Source: an uncultured Solirubrobacteraceae bacterium (lineage in GTDB: Bacteria; Actinomycetota; Thermoleophilia; Solirubrobacterales; Solirubrobacteraceae). From it: 64,000 nucleotides of DNA. The notes beneath the pieces were generated by a model. The model worked only from the letters and a program-made list of their open reading frames with translations. It was not told the DNA's origin and searched no databases. The stretch covers positions 269,917-333,916 of the forward strand of contig CAWGYZ010000006.1 in the NCBI GenBank assembly GCA_963826995.1. The letters are read 5' to 3'. Within the stretch, counting starts at the first letter, position 1. Every line of letters starts with the position of its first letter. This document shows positions 1 to 8,538 of the stretch, piece after piece. A program made the translations under genes and the position numbers.

Positions 1-455
1 CACTCCCACGGGCCCGGCAGCGTCTCATCGAAGTCGTTCGGGCTGAAGATGAGCCTGCGGTCGGGAGCCGCGAATCCGCCGAAGTTTGAGATGTGGGCGT
101 CGCCGCAGGCCTGCACGACGATGCCGGTGTCCGGCGTCTCCGCGAGGTCAGCCGCCATGATCGCCGCCGCGCCGCGGTAGAAGGTGAACGGCGAGACGAG
201 CATCCGCCCGTAGCGGATCGGGACGAGCTCCTGCACGCGCGAGGCCGCCTGAGCGGTCAGCACCGCGATGGGGTCGGGTCGGTCAGGCGCCGGGCCCCAT
301 TCGCCGTGCGCCGAGCGGGGAACCTTGCTCCGTGCCTCTCGCCCACGCTCTGCGCGCTCCCCGGAATGCAATCTGGCTGGAACAGAGGCCGTCATGCCAT
401 GGCCACAGGGAACTGCCACGAGATCCGGGGGTCGAGCCGATCGGTTGGCGGACAT
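1..455 (-). CDS. DUF2252-family protein, N-terminal part (gene continues beyond the left edge)
   Basis: My own minus-strand translation from the ATG at 455-453 stays open to position 1: MSANRSARPPDLV...QELVPIRYGRMLVSPFTFYRGAAIMAADLAETPDTGIVVQACGDAHISNFGGFAAPDRRLIFSPNDFDETLPGPWE. The RYGRM / SPFTFYRGAA / CGDAH-NFG / NDFDET blocks match my memory of DUF2252 proteins. It is missing from the ORF track because it is edge-truncated. The + strand ORFs 93-482 and 268-1476 are antisense artefacts. Confidence 0.65.
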   Translation of the reverse strand, partial: MSANRSARPPDLVAVPCGHGMTASVPARLHSGERAERGREARSKVPRSAHGEWGPAPDRPDPIAVLTAQAASRVQELVPIRYGRMLVSPFTFYRGAAAIMAADLAETPDTGIVVQACGDAHISNFGGFAAPDRRLIFSPNDFDETLPGPWE

Positions 456-465
456 ATCGCAGACT

Positions 466-1500
466 TTAGGGACGGCTGTTGAGTTCTTGCGCGACCTCGA
501 GGACCGACGTTCGCTCGTAGAAGTCGACGGCGACGATCGCGCCCTTGAACCCACGCTCGCGCAGGCAGCGCTCGAGCCGTCCACGCAGGAAGAACGAGCG
601 GCCGATCGCCGCGTTGAGGGTTGGGCTGGGCGGAAACGGAGGGATCCAGTAGTTCATGAGCAGAAGCGGACTGTTCCGTTCGCCTCGATAGCGCCTGCAG
701 CTCAGCTGGTCCGGGCGCGTGGCGCCGAGGGGGGTGTCCTGGATGAAGGAGAAGGCCGGCATGTACCAGACGGGCGACCCACCCTTCTCCTCGGCAAACA
801 CCACCAGGCGCTGCCCCCTACCGATCAGCGCCCCCAGCGTCGGAAGTGGCTCGTCACGCTCGAGCGTCGCGACGTAGCGCGTCAGCCCCGACCGCTCGAA
901 TGCCTGCTCGATGGTGCCCGGCGGAACGTAATCCTCGACGATCACTATCAGCACCTGGTCGGGATGGTCTTCGAGAAACCTCCTGATCACCTCCAGTTCC
1001 TGATCAAGCGGCTCAGCGCCAAGCTCGCACAGCGTGTGGCACAGATACGGCTCGCTCTCGCCGTTCAAGCGGCCCACGCCGACCTCGCCGGCCACGCGAT
1101 CGGCGAGCAGGAGCGCCCGCCGGGGAACCTGTTCGGCGACCTTGTTGCGATCGGAGCCCTCGGCGGCCAGATCGGTACGCACTCGCCCGGTGGCCTCGTC
1201 ATAGACGCCATAGTGGACGTCGAGCGTGAGCGCCCGGATTCCGTCGTCCAGCTGTCGCGAGATGCCGTAACGCTGACTTGCGAAGTGCCAGCCCGGCTCG
1301 TCAGAGGCGGCATAGGAGTTGTGGGTGCCCGGGAAGACGATTTCATCGAGGCGACGCCCGCACAGCACCGGGGCGCCGTTGCAGCTCGTGGCGGACGCCT
1401 CGCTGTGCCTCTTTCCCCCGGGAGGGTTGACGAGGATGAACACGACCAGGCCGGCGGCGATCACGACCAGCGATGAGACGAGAACCCAACGCGCGCGCAT
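466..1500 (-). CDS. membrane-anchored PLC-like phosphodiesterase (PI-PLC X-domain type)
   Basis: 344-aa ORF. An N-terminal hydrophobic anchor (WVLVSSLVVIAAGLVVFILV) is followed by CGRRLDEIVFPGTHNSYA and LTLDVHYG blocks typical of PI-PLC X-box catalytic domains. The call rests on motifs only. Confidence 0.6.
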   Translation of the reverse strand: MRARWVLVSSLVVIAAGLVVFILVNPPGGKRHSEASATSCNGAPVLCGRRLDEIVFPGTHNSYAASDEPGWHFASQRYGISRQLDDGIRALTLDVHYGVYDEATGRVRTDLAAEGSDRNKVAEQVPRRALLLADRVAGEVGVGRLNGESEPYLCHTLCELGAEPLDQELEVIRRFLEDHPDQVLIVIVEDYVPPGTIEQAFERSGLTRYVATLERDEPLPTLGALIGRGQRLVVFAEEKGGSPVWYMPAFSFIQDTPLGATRPDQLSCRRYRGERNSPLLLMNYWIPPFPPSPTLNAAIGRSFFLRGRLERCLRERGFKGAIVAVDFYERTSVLEVAQELNSRP

Positions 1501-1587
1501 CTGCCGCTACCCGGGTCTCTCGCCTCGATGGTTCATTGTCGCAAGGAAAGCTATTGGCTACAGCGGGCCTGCCGGGGAAGCCTGAGC

Positions 1588-2076
1588 ATGCCGGCGCGTA
1601 GGCTGACTCCTGCGATGTTCGTGCTTGCCCTGATCGCAGTGCCCCTTGTCGAGGTGTTCGTCTTCATCGAGGTCGGACGCGCGATTGGCTGGCTTCTCAC
1701 CGTCGTATTGCTGCTCGGGGGCTCTTTGATCGGTGTGCACCTGATGCGCGTTCAGGGGCGCTCGGCGATCGAGCGGGTGTCCAGGGCGGTCTCCGAGCGC
1801 CGAGCACCTGCCCGCGCCGCCGTCGACGGAGCGCTCGGATTCCTCGGAGCCGCGCTGCTCGCGCTGCCTGGATTCGTCACCGATGTGTTCGGCGCATTGC
1901 TCCTGTTCCCGAGCACCCGAGCGCGGACGCGCCGCTGGCTGTCGCGCCGCTACGCGGGTCGCGCGATGAGCTTCGTGGCAGCCGCAGGGCGTTTCGCCTC
2001 AGACCGCCGCGGCGCACCCGTAGCCGACTATGAGTCGACGGCGGTCGAGGGCGACGCCGACCAACTCGACCCCTGA
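1588..2076 (+). CDS. fxsA: FxsA family membrane protein
   Basis: Internal ATG at 1588 (MPARRLTPAMFVLALIAVPLVEVFVFIEVGRAIGW...). The two TM segments and the later LALPGFVTDVFGALLLFPSTR block are the FxsA signature. The first 20 codons of the tracked ORF (1528) do not look protein-like. Confidence 0.7.
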   Translation: MPARRLTPAMFVLALIAVPLVEVFVFIEVGRAIGWLLTVVLLLGGSLIGVHLMRVQGRSAIERVSRAVSERRAPARAAVDGALGFLGAALLALPGFVTDVFGALLLFPSTRARTRRWLSRRYAGRAMSFVAAAGRFASDRRGAPVADYESTAVEGDADQLDP

Positions 2077-2167
2077 ACGGGCGGCACCGGCAGCTGGCGC
2101 GCGCGGACGTCCAAGAATTCTTGCTTGCGTTTCATCGAGCCGGGGGACACGTCACTAGGCTAGGCGG

Positions 2168-2623
2168 ATGAAGCACCTGCAGGGAGCCGCACAGGCCGCC
2201 GTGGACGCACCGATCGGGGACTGCCTCGCATTCCTCGCGGCGCTCGACGCCTATCCCAGTTGGTATCCGGACGTCGTGAGGGAGGTGAAGGTCATCGAGC
2301 ACAACGACGATGGCCTTCCGGTGAGGGCGGAAACTAAGCTGCATCTCTCCTACGGGCCGGTCTCGAGAGATCTCGATCTCCTGCTCGCCGTGCACGTACG
2401 CCAACCGGACCTCGTTCAGCTCACGCACGTTCCCCGCGGACAATCGAGCGGCACTGCATTCGAGGCCACCTGGCAGCTGAAGGATCATGGCGAGACCCGC
2501 CTTGAGCTCGAGCTCGACGCGACCATGCCGGTGCCTCGGCTCGTGCCGCTCGCTGGTGTCGGCGACGCCTTCGCGGTCGGCTTCATGCAGGCCGCAGTGG
2601 AAACACTCGAATCCGGGTCCTAG
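2168..2623 (+). CDS. SRPBCC (START/polyketide-cyclase-like) family protein
   Basis: 151-aa ORF with protein-like composition. The N-terminus (V.API..CLAFLAALD.YP.WYPDV) and size fit SRPBCC ligand-binding proteins. An overlapping antisense ORF (2132-2686) was rejected. Confidence 0.55.
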   Translation: MKHLQGAAQAAVDAPIGDCLAFLAALDAYPSWYPDVVREVKVIEHNDDGLPVRAETKLHLSYGPVSRDLDLLLAVHVRQPDLVQLTHVPRGQSSGTAFEATWQLKDHGETRLELELDATMPVPRLVPLAGVGDAFAVGFMQAAVETLESGS

Positions 2624-2737
2624 GGCGAGCAATGGCGAAAGCGTCTGCCAGAGCGCATGCCCTCGCCCCCGTTTCGGCTCGCGCAACAGCGCCGTTCATC
2701 GGCACAACCGTCGCCCTAGCCGCCTACGCTTGTACGG

Positions 2738-4366
2738 ATGTTGTCGGCTCAGCTTGACACTGTGTCCCCCCGGTCCGGCCGAAGGCGGGTTCTGGTTGGC
2801 GTGACCATCGCTTTGCTGGTCGTGATCGCCGCGCTGGCCGTGGCAATCGTGGCCTGGTCCGGCGTCACGCTCGCAAGCGACTCGATGGCGCTTGCGCGCG
2901 TGACGGTCCAGCCTTTGGGCGGCACGATCGAGCACGTCGAGGCATTCGGTCCGGGGGGTCAGAGGTTGCCGATCGCGATCGAGGGGGGGCGTCTGACTCC
3001 CCTGAGGCAGCTGACGCCGGGAGAGCGCGTTTCGGTGGACGTGGAGGTTCGGCGGCCGGGATGGCTCGGCTGGGCATTGGGCAGCCAGCACAACGAGCAG
3101 CTGACACTGAGCGCTCCGGTAGCGCATGTGACCGAACCCTGGATGACGGTCCGGTCGGGCTCCGACGTGGACGTGCACTTCGACCGGCCGGTGAGCGTGG
3201 TCGTCTATGCAAACAGCGACGGGCTGACCCGTCGCTCGCTGAGTGGCGCCCAGACCTCGATCTCGCTCGGAAGGCAGCCTGAGACGGGCAGCACCGAGGT
3301 CGCGACAGCGGCGCGACCCTGGGAGAGGGTCGGCGCTCCCGCGCAGGTCAGCTGGTTCCCGCCATCGCACGCCGCGGTGATGGCCACCATCCCAGCTGCG
3401 GGTGGGCGAATCGCTCCCGCCACAGCGATCCATCTGACGTTCTCAAAGCCCGTCAGCGACGTGCTCGGCTCCGATCGCCCGCGGCTCTCGCCGGCCACTG
3501 CGGGTCACTGGAGCGAACCCGACAGCCACACGCTGGTGTTCACCCCCTCGGGGTTCGGAGCGTCGCTGGGCTCCCAGCTGAGCGTCGAGCTCCCGCACCA
3601 GGTCGCGGTGTCCTCGGGCCCGTCGGGCGGGTTGCGGACCACGAGCCGGATCGAATGGACGGTTCCTCCGGGCTCCACGCTGCGCCTGCAGCAGCTCCTC
3701 GCTCAGGCGGGCTATCTGCCCGTGGACTGGCGGGCATCGGGAACGCCCGTGGCCCACACGCCCAGCGCCGAGGCGCAGGCGGCCGTCACCCCGCCGAGCG
3801 GGAGCTTCGAGTGGCGATATCCCAACACACCGCGGCCCCTGCGGGCGCTGTGGATCCCGGGTCAGGCGAACGAGATTACTAAAGGCGCGATCATGAAATT
3901 CGAGAACACCAACGACGTCACCGTCGACGGGCTTGCGGGGCCGGCCGTGTGGCGCATGCTGTTGCGCGATGCGATCACCGGGAAGCATCAGAGCAGCGGA
4001 TACACCTACGTGTACGTGCACCGCGAAGTTCCGGAGGCGCTCACGCTTTGGCACGACGGCCGCACGATTCTGACCTCGCCGGCGAACACGGGCATCTCCG
4101 GGGCGGAAACCGAACTCGGCACGTTCGCCGTGTTTGAGCACATCCCCGAAGGCACCATGAGCGGCACCAACCCAGACGGCTCGCACTACGAAGATCCGGG
4201 GATCAAGTGGATCAGCTACTTCAACGGTGGCGACGCGCTCCACAACTTCGACCGCGCGTCGTTCGGTACCCCGCAGAGCCTCGGCTGTGTCGAGCTTCCC
4301 CTGGCGGCCTCCGCGGAGGTGTGGCCGTATACGCCCATCGGCACACTCGTCACTATCGAAACCTGA
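2738..4366 (+). CDS. L,D-transpeptidase family protein (YkuD domain) with N-terminal TM anchor
   Basis: 542 aa. TM anchor VLVGVTIALLVVIAALAVAIVAW, a peptidoglycan-binding-like segment (LRLQQLLAQAGYLP), and a C-terminal YkuD catalytic block ...ALHNFDRASFGTPQSLGCVELP (His ... S-x-G-C motif). Confidence 0.75.
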   Translation: MLSAQLDTVSPRSGRRRVLVGVTIALLVVIAALAVAIVAWSGVTLASDSMALARVTVQPLGGTIEHVEAFGPGGQRLPIAIEGGRLTPLRQLTPGERVSVDVEVRRPGWLGWALGSQHNEQLTLSAPVAHVTEPWMTVRSGSDVDVHFDRPVSVVVYANSDGLTRRSLSGAQTSISLGRQPETGSTEVATAARPWERVGAPAQVSWFPPSHAAVMATIPAAGGRIAPATAIHLTFSKPVSDVLGSDRPRLSPATAGHWSEPDSHTLVFTPSGFGASLGSQLSVELPHQVAVSSGPSGGLRTTSRIEWTVPPGSTLRLQQLLAQAGYLPVDWRASGTPVAHTPSAEAQAAVTPPSGSFEWRYPNTPRPLRALWIPGQANEITKGAIMKFENTNDVTVDGLAGPAVWRMLLRDAITGKHQSSGYTYVYVHREVPEALTLWHDGRTILTSPANTGISGAETELGTFAVFEHIPEGTMSGTNPDGSHYEDPGIKWISYFNGGDALHNFDRASFGTPQSLGCVELPLAASAEVWPYTPIGTLVTIET

Positions 4367-4411
4367 GAGATTTCAACGAAACTTGAGAGCTTTCAACCAT
4401 AGGACGCGCCA

Positions 4412-5173
4412 ATGACCGTCACAACCACAGCCGCTCCCACACACCGCGACCCTGAGCTCCTCGGACAGACCGTCGTCGTGATTGGCGGCAGCTCCGGCGT
4501 CGGACTGGCAACAGCCACACGCGCCCGCGCCGAGGGCGCCGACGTGATCCTCACCGGCCACCATCCGAACGACGCGCTGAAGCGGGCAGCGCGCGATCTC
4601 GGTGCGCTCAGCACCGCCGCATTCGACGCCAACGATCCCGCGGAGCTGGAGCGATTCTTCGCGGGCCTGCCGAAGGAAATCGACCATGTGATGGTGACCG
4701 CCGGCGGTCCCCACTATGGACGCCTGCTCGAGATGAAGTCCGACGAACTGCGCCACGCCCTTGGCGACCACCTCCTGCTCGCCATCGCAGCCGCCCGTAA
4801 CGCCGTCGACAGAGTCAGGCCTGGAGGGACGCTGCTGTTCATGAGCCCTGAGCGCGGCCAGCCGACCGTCGGCTCAGGCACCGAGTTGACGGTCGCCGCC
4901 GCGATTCCGGCGCTGATAGCCAACCTGGCACTGGAGCTCGCCCCGGTTCGCGCCAACCTGATCGCGGCCGGCTTCATCGACACGCCGCTATCGGCATCCC
5001 TGCTCGGAAGTGATCTCGAACAGCGGCGCGACCATCTGCGCGCGACGCTCCCGATAAGACGTGTCGTCGAGCCGGCCGACGTGGCCGCACTCGCCGTCCA
5101 CATCATGAGCAACACAGCCTTGACAGGAGCGACCTACACCATCGACGGCGGCCAGCGGCTCGTCTCGGCCTAG
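4412..5173 (+). CDS. SDR family oxidoreductase
   Basis: 253 aa with the Rossmann motif VVVIGGSSGVGLATA near the N-terminus and a size typical of classical SDRs. Confidence 0.8.
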   Translation: MTVTTTAAPTHRDPELLGQTVVVIGGSSGVGLATATRARAEGADVILTGHHPNDALKRAARDLGALSTAAFDANDPAELERFFAGLPKEIDHVMVTAGGPHYGRLLEMKSDELRHALGDHLLLAIAAARNAVDRVRPGGTLLFMSPERGQPTVGSGTELTVAAAIPALIANLALELAPVRANLIAAGFIDTPLSASLLGSDLEQRRDHLRATLPIRRVVEPADVAALAVHIMSNTALTGATYTIDGGQRLVSA

Positions 5174-5583
5174 CCGTCCTGCTCGCCGACCGGGATCGGC
5201 TCGGCGAGCGCAGCGCGCCCGGGAGCCGCGGGGAAGGGGTCGGCGAAGAACTGGGTCTCATGCGTCACGAGACCGTCGCTGATCTCCATGACGCTGACCG
5301 AACATGTGGGCACGCCGTCGTAGGTGATCACGCACTCGCTCACCCACAGGTCAGCGCGGCCCAGGATCCGGCGGATGGTGAAATGGCGCTCAGCCGGATG
5401 GCCGCCGCGCTGCGCCTGGATCTTTGCCCGGCCTCTGAAGCGCTCGCCGGATTGGGGGTAGTCGAGGATCGCGTCGGCAGCGTAGATCACGTGCTCAGCG
5501 TCGAGGTCCCCGCTCTCGGATGCCTCCCAGTGCTGCTGGATCCGAGCCCGGATGTCGGCTTCCTGATCGGTTGCGCCAGTCAC
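5170..5583 (-). CDS. NTF2/SnoaL-like family protein
   Basis: 137 aa. IRARIQQHWEASESGDLDAEHVIYAADAILDYPQSGERFRG resembles the N-terminal helix plus beta pattern of SnoaL/ketosteroid-isomerase-like proteins. It is convergent with the SDR gene, with a 4-bp overlap of stops. Confidence 0.55.
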   Translation of the reverse strand: MTGATDQEADIRARIQQHWEASESGDLDAEHVIYAADAILDYPQSGERFRGRAKIQAQRGGHPAERHFTIRRILGRADLWVSECVITYDGVPTCSVSVMEISDGLVTHETQFFADPFPAAPGRAALAEPIPVGEQDG

Positions 5584-5622
5584 GTCTCAGCCTCCCATGT
5601 CCATTGATTTTGCCTCACAACG

Positions 5623-6159
5623 CTAAAGCGGCGGCACCTGGTTGTTGACCTGCGTCCCGTGGTACAGGTGGTCTTGATCCCTGCAGGCAGTCGGAAAGAA
5701 GAACTGGACGCTGTCGCTGCGAACGCCGTTGTAGCTCGCGAACAGAGTCGCGCGTCCGACCGTTCCGACCTTGCATTTCAGATCGTTGCTGGCACGCACG
5801 CGCACCCGGATCTTCATGATGTTCCCGGGGAAACCCCACATCACCGCGTAGTGGGAGTGGTAGAGCAGATGGTGTTCGACCGTCAGGGTGATCGCGCCGT
5901 GGTGGTCTTCCTGGCAGATGATCCCGGAGACGGTGCTCGCCTGCAGGTTTATCTGGCCGTGGCCGCGGGCGAAGCTGCCGGTTCCGCAGTCCGGGGAACC
6001 GGTGTGGAAGCCCCAGGGCGGGATCCCGTAGACGATCGGGACTTCACCGCAGCCGGGCGAGAAGGCTTGTGCCTGACCGGCCGTGCCGGCCGACGCAAGC
6101 AGTGATGTCAGCGCCAAGACTGCAGGCGCGATTCTCGGCAGGATCTGATGCACCCGCAT
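5623..6159 (-). CDS. secreted hypothetical protein (6 Cys, His-rich core)
   Basis: 178 aa. Sec-type signal peptide (ILPRIAPAVLALTSLLASAGTAGQAQA), six cysteines, and a His cluster (EDHHGAITLTVEHHLLYHSHY). I recognise no family. Confidence 0.5.
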   Translation of the reverse strand: MRVHQILPRIAPAVLALTSLLASAGTAGQAQAFSPGCGEVPIVYGIPPWGFHTGSPDCGTGSFARGHGQINLQASTVSGIICQEDHHGAITLTVEHHLLYHSHYAVMWGFPGNIMKIRVRVRASNDLKCKVGTVGRATLFASYNGVRSDSVQFFFPTACRDQDHLYHGTQVNNQVPPL

Positions 6160-6256
6160 CCGGAGCCCGACAATAGCCGCTTACAGCGAAGCCGCGAGGG
6201 CCCGCGACGCAACTCGCCTGGCTCTGAAAGCAGCGGTCGGGGATACTCAGCGGTGC

Positions 6257-6400
6257 ATGGCTGAGGAGTCCACGACCTCCGACCTGGTTGACCTGATGCG
6301 GCAGTCCGTGGAGGCTCTGAACCGCCTTGACTTTGATGCATGGTTGCGCGTCTACGCTCCCGACGCGATCTGGGATGCATCGTCTTCGGGGGGCGTCTCG
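6257..6400 (+). pseudogene. truncated NTF2/SnoaL-like gene fragment (N-terminal ~45 codons only; end approximate)
   Basis: MAEESTTSDLVDLMRQSVEALNRLDFDAWLRVYAPDAIWDASSSGG looks like the start of a SnoaL-like protein. After about 6395 the frame turns into Arg-rich nonsense, and the FG-GAP gene starts at 6489. Confidence 0.35.
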
Positions 6401-6488
6401 CTGGCTATGCGGGGGCGCCTGCTTTTCGCGCGAAGTAGGCGTCTCGTGTGTTGTTGTAGGCTGCGGCGTTTCGTCCCGCGGAGTAGCT

Positions 6489-7817
6489 ATGAGCCTGAGG
6501 AAAATGCAGCACCGGATGCGGAGCTCGCGTGTGACCGTCCGGCGCCTTACGGCACTCGGTTCCGTCGTCGTGATCGCCGTGGCTCTCGGCGCTGGCGCGG
6601 CGCCGGTGGCCGGCACGCTGGGCTTGCACGGAGCCTCCGGCATCCGCCTCGGCCAGCTCCTGCAGCCGATCGCGAAGCTCGGCGACGGTATGGAGGGCGG
6701 CGAATCCGGGGCTCCGACGAGCGTCGCGCTCTCCTCAGACGGCGACACCGTGCTCGTAGGCTCACCTAGCGACAACGGCGGTGTCGGCTCGGTGTCGGTC
6801 TTCACGCGGTCAGGCTCGGCCTGGGTTCAGCGGGGCCCGGCGCTCGCAGGTGGCGGCGAGACCGGCCAAGGTGAATTCGGTAGAAGCGTGGCACTGTCCG
6901 GCGACGGCGACATCGCACTGATCGGAGGCTCTGAGGGCGCCGCGAGCGAAGGCCGGTGCTGCGCGACCGGTGCGGTGTGGGCCTTCACGCGATCTGGTTC
7001 GACTTGGACCCAGCAGGGGCCAGCGCTTACGGACGGCCGGGCCGGCGACAACGCCGAATTCGGCGACGGCGTTGCGCTATCCGCCAGCGGCGCGACGGCG
7101 CTGATCGGCGCTCCGGGATCTGGGCGGGCCGGAGCAGCGTGGATCTTCACCCGTGCGCGTTCCGGCTGGCAGCGTGGAGTAAAGCTAGCGGGCCGTGACG
7201 CGAGCCAGTACGCCGGCTTTGGAGCCAGCGTGGCGCTCGCCTCCGGCGGCGACACCGCTCTGATCGGCGGCGGTGGGGGCAGTAGCAGCCGCGGGGCGTG
7301 GGTATTCACGCGCCAGCACTCGAGGTGGAGCCAGAGCGCAAGGCTCACGGGGAAAGAAAAAAGCGGCCGCTTGGGCGCCGCAGTCGCGCTCTCGAGCGCC
7401 GGCGATACGGCGCTGGTCGGCGCCGGAGGCGAAGATGGCGAGCAGGGAGCCACATGGGTCTTCACGCGCTCGGGGTCGGGCTGGCGGCGAAGCGCGAAGC
7501 TCACCGGTCGCGGCGAGAGCGGACTCGGGAACTTCGGCGAAAGCGTGGCCCTTTCAGCCAACGGGAAGATCGCGTTGATCGGCTGCCCGATGGAAAACAG
7601 CTCGGATCTCGAGCGCGTCGGGTCCGCTTGGCTCTTCTCAGGTTCGGCCTCAAGCTGGACTCGGCGGGCCAAGCTCGCGGCCCCAGAAACCAGGGTCGAA
7701 GACGGCCTGTTTGGCATCAGCGTGGCTCTCTCCGGCGTAGGCACCACCGAGCTCGTCGGAGTCGAGGTCGATAACGGCGGCCTGGGCACCGCGTGGGTGC
7801 TGTCGAGCTCGAAGTAG
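6489..7817 (+). CDS. secreted FG-GAP-like repeat protein (7 repeats, predicted beta-propeller)
   Basis: ATG at 6489 (MSLRKMQHRMRSSRVTVRRLTALGSVVVIAVALGAGAAP). Seven units of roughly 52-62 aa each carry xFGxSVALSxDGxTALIGxP...GAxWVFTRSGSxWxQ. The first 54 codons of the tracked ORF (from 6327) do not look protein-like. Confidence 0.7.
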   Translation: MSLRKMQHRMRSSRVTVRRLTALGSVVVIAVALGAGAAPVAGTLGLHGASGIRLGQLLQPIAKLGDGMEGGESGAPTSVALSSDGDTVLVGSPSDNGGVGSVSVFTRSGSAWVQRGPALAGGGETGQGEFGRSVALSGDGDIALIGGSEGAASEGRCCATGAVWAFTRSGSTWTQQGPALTDGRAGDNAEFGDGVALSASGATALIGAPGSGRAGAAWIFTRARSGWQRGVKLAGRDASQYAGFGASVALASGGDTALIGGGGGSSSRGAWVFTRQHSRWSQSARLTGKEKSGRLGAAVALSSAGDTALVGAGGEDGEQGATWVFTRSGSGWRRSAKLTGRGESGLGNFGESVALSANGKIALIGCPMENSSDLERVGSAWLFSGSASSWTRRAKLAAPETRVEDGLFGISVALSGVGTTELVGVEVDNGGLGTAWVLSSSK

Positions 7818-7949
7818 CGCACCCTCAGCGAGCGCTCGCTTCCCCATCCGCGTGAGAGGAGTCGTCTCGCATGGTGCTCAACAGGCGCTTGCTCGGGACG
7901 ACCGATGAAAGTCAAGGGCTCGGCGGTTAATTTAGGAACGAGTTTCGGA

Positions 7950-8180
7950 CATCGGATTGGTCGGGGGTCGCCTCTGCAGGGCCGCAGAACGCGTCTGTGG
8001 GGTTGGTTTCGGCGCGGCGCTGGCCGGAGGGCGTGAAGTTCAGCCGTTTTCGGGTAGGTGGGGTCCCCGCCGGAGCTGGCCGGCGCGTTGTCAAGGAGCC
8101 GTGACGGCGTTAGGCTTCTGGTGGGCGCGAGTAGAGGACGAGTCGAAGCGCAGACGTCAGGGGCTCGTGGTCTGCCGCGC
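7950..8180 (+). repeat. copy A of a diverged ~231-bp direct repeat, interpreted as a solo 3' end of an IS110-like element
   Basis: It aligns by eye with 10202-10433. The first ~63 bp show about 63% identity ungapped (CATCGGATyGGTCG...GCAGGG...). A GGGCGCGAG block sits at identical spacing (22 bp) from a terminal 36-bp block, GAAGCGCAGACGTCAGGGGCTyGTGGTCTGCCGCGC, that is 35/36 identical. The middle has diverged. Confidence 0.55.
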
Positions 8181-8181
8181 G

Positions 8182-8327
8182 ACGTTGCCCCCCCGAAGTT
8201 CAACCGCCGGATGGATCGCTTCCAACGCCGTGGCAGAGCCGCCGCCAGGTCGGAATGGCGACTAATCACCGCTACGCACAATCTGCTGAAGCTCCACAGC
8301 CGCCAAATAGCGACCGCCGGGGCCTGA
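8182..8327 (+). pseudogene. C-terminal tail of an IS1182/IS5-superfamily transposase (remnant)
   Basis: The frame of ORF 8058-8327 ends ...KFNRRMDRFQRRGRAAARSEWRLITATHNLLKLHSRQIATAGA*. The SEWRLI-ATHNLLKL ending is the characteristic C-terminus of IS1182-type DDE transposases. Only about 45 codons remain, and they abut repeat copy A at 8180/8181. Confidence 0.55.
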
Positions 8328-8538
8328 AAGGGGCCCGGGAACGCCCGGTCGGGCCCATCTGTCTCACCGCTGCCAAGACCACCACGCCCCTCAGAGCGCG
8401 AAACCCACCGCGAACGCCCGCGCTGACGGACGCGCGAATGTTTGCGAAACAGCCTCCCTTGCAAAGCGCAAGCGCGCCGAGTGGTGGCGCACGCCGTGAG
8501 GCACGGGCCACCACCCAAGCGGTCATTGGTCCATCGGC

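Noticed and set aside
268-1476. 402-aa + strand ORF at the left edge
   Set aside because: It is antisense to the PLC-like gene and to the DUF2252 start, and its sequence is not protein-like.
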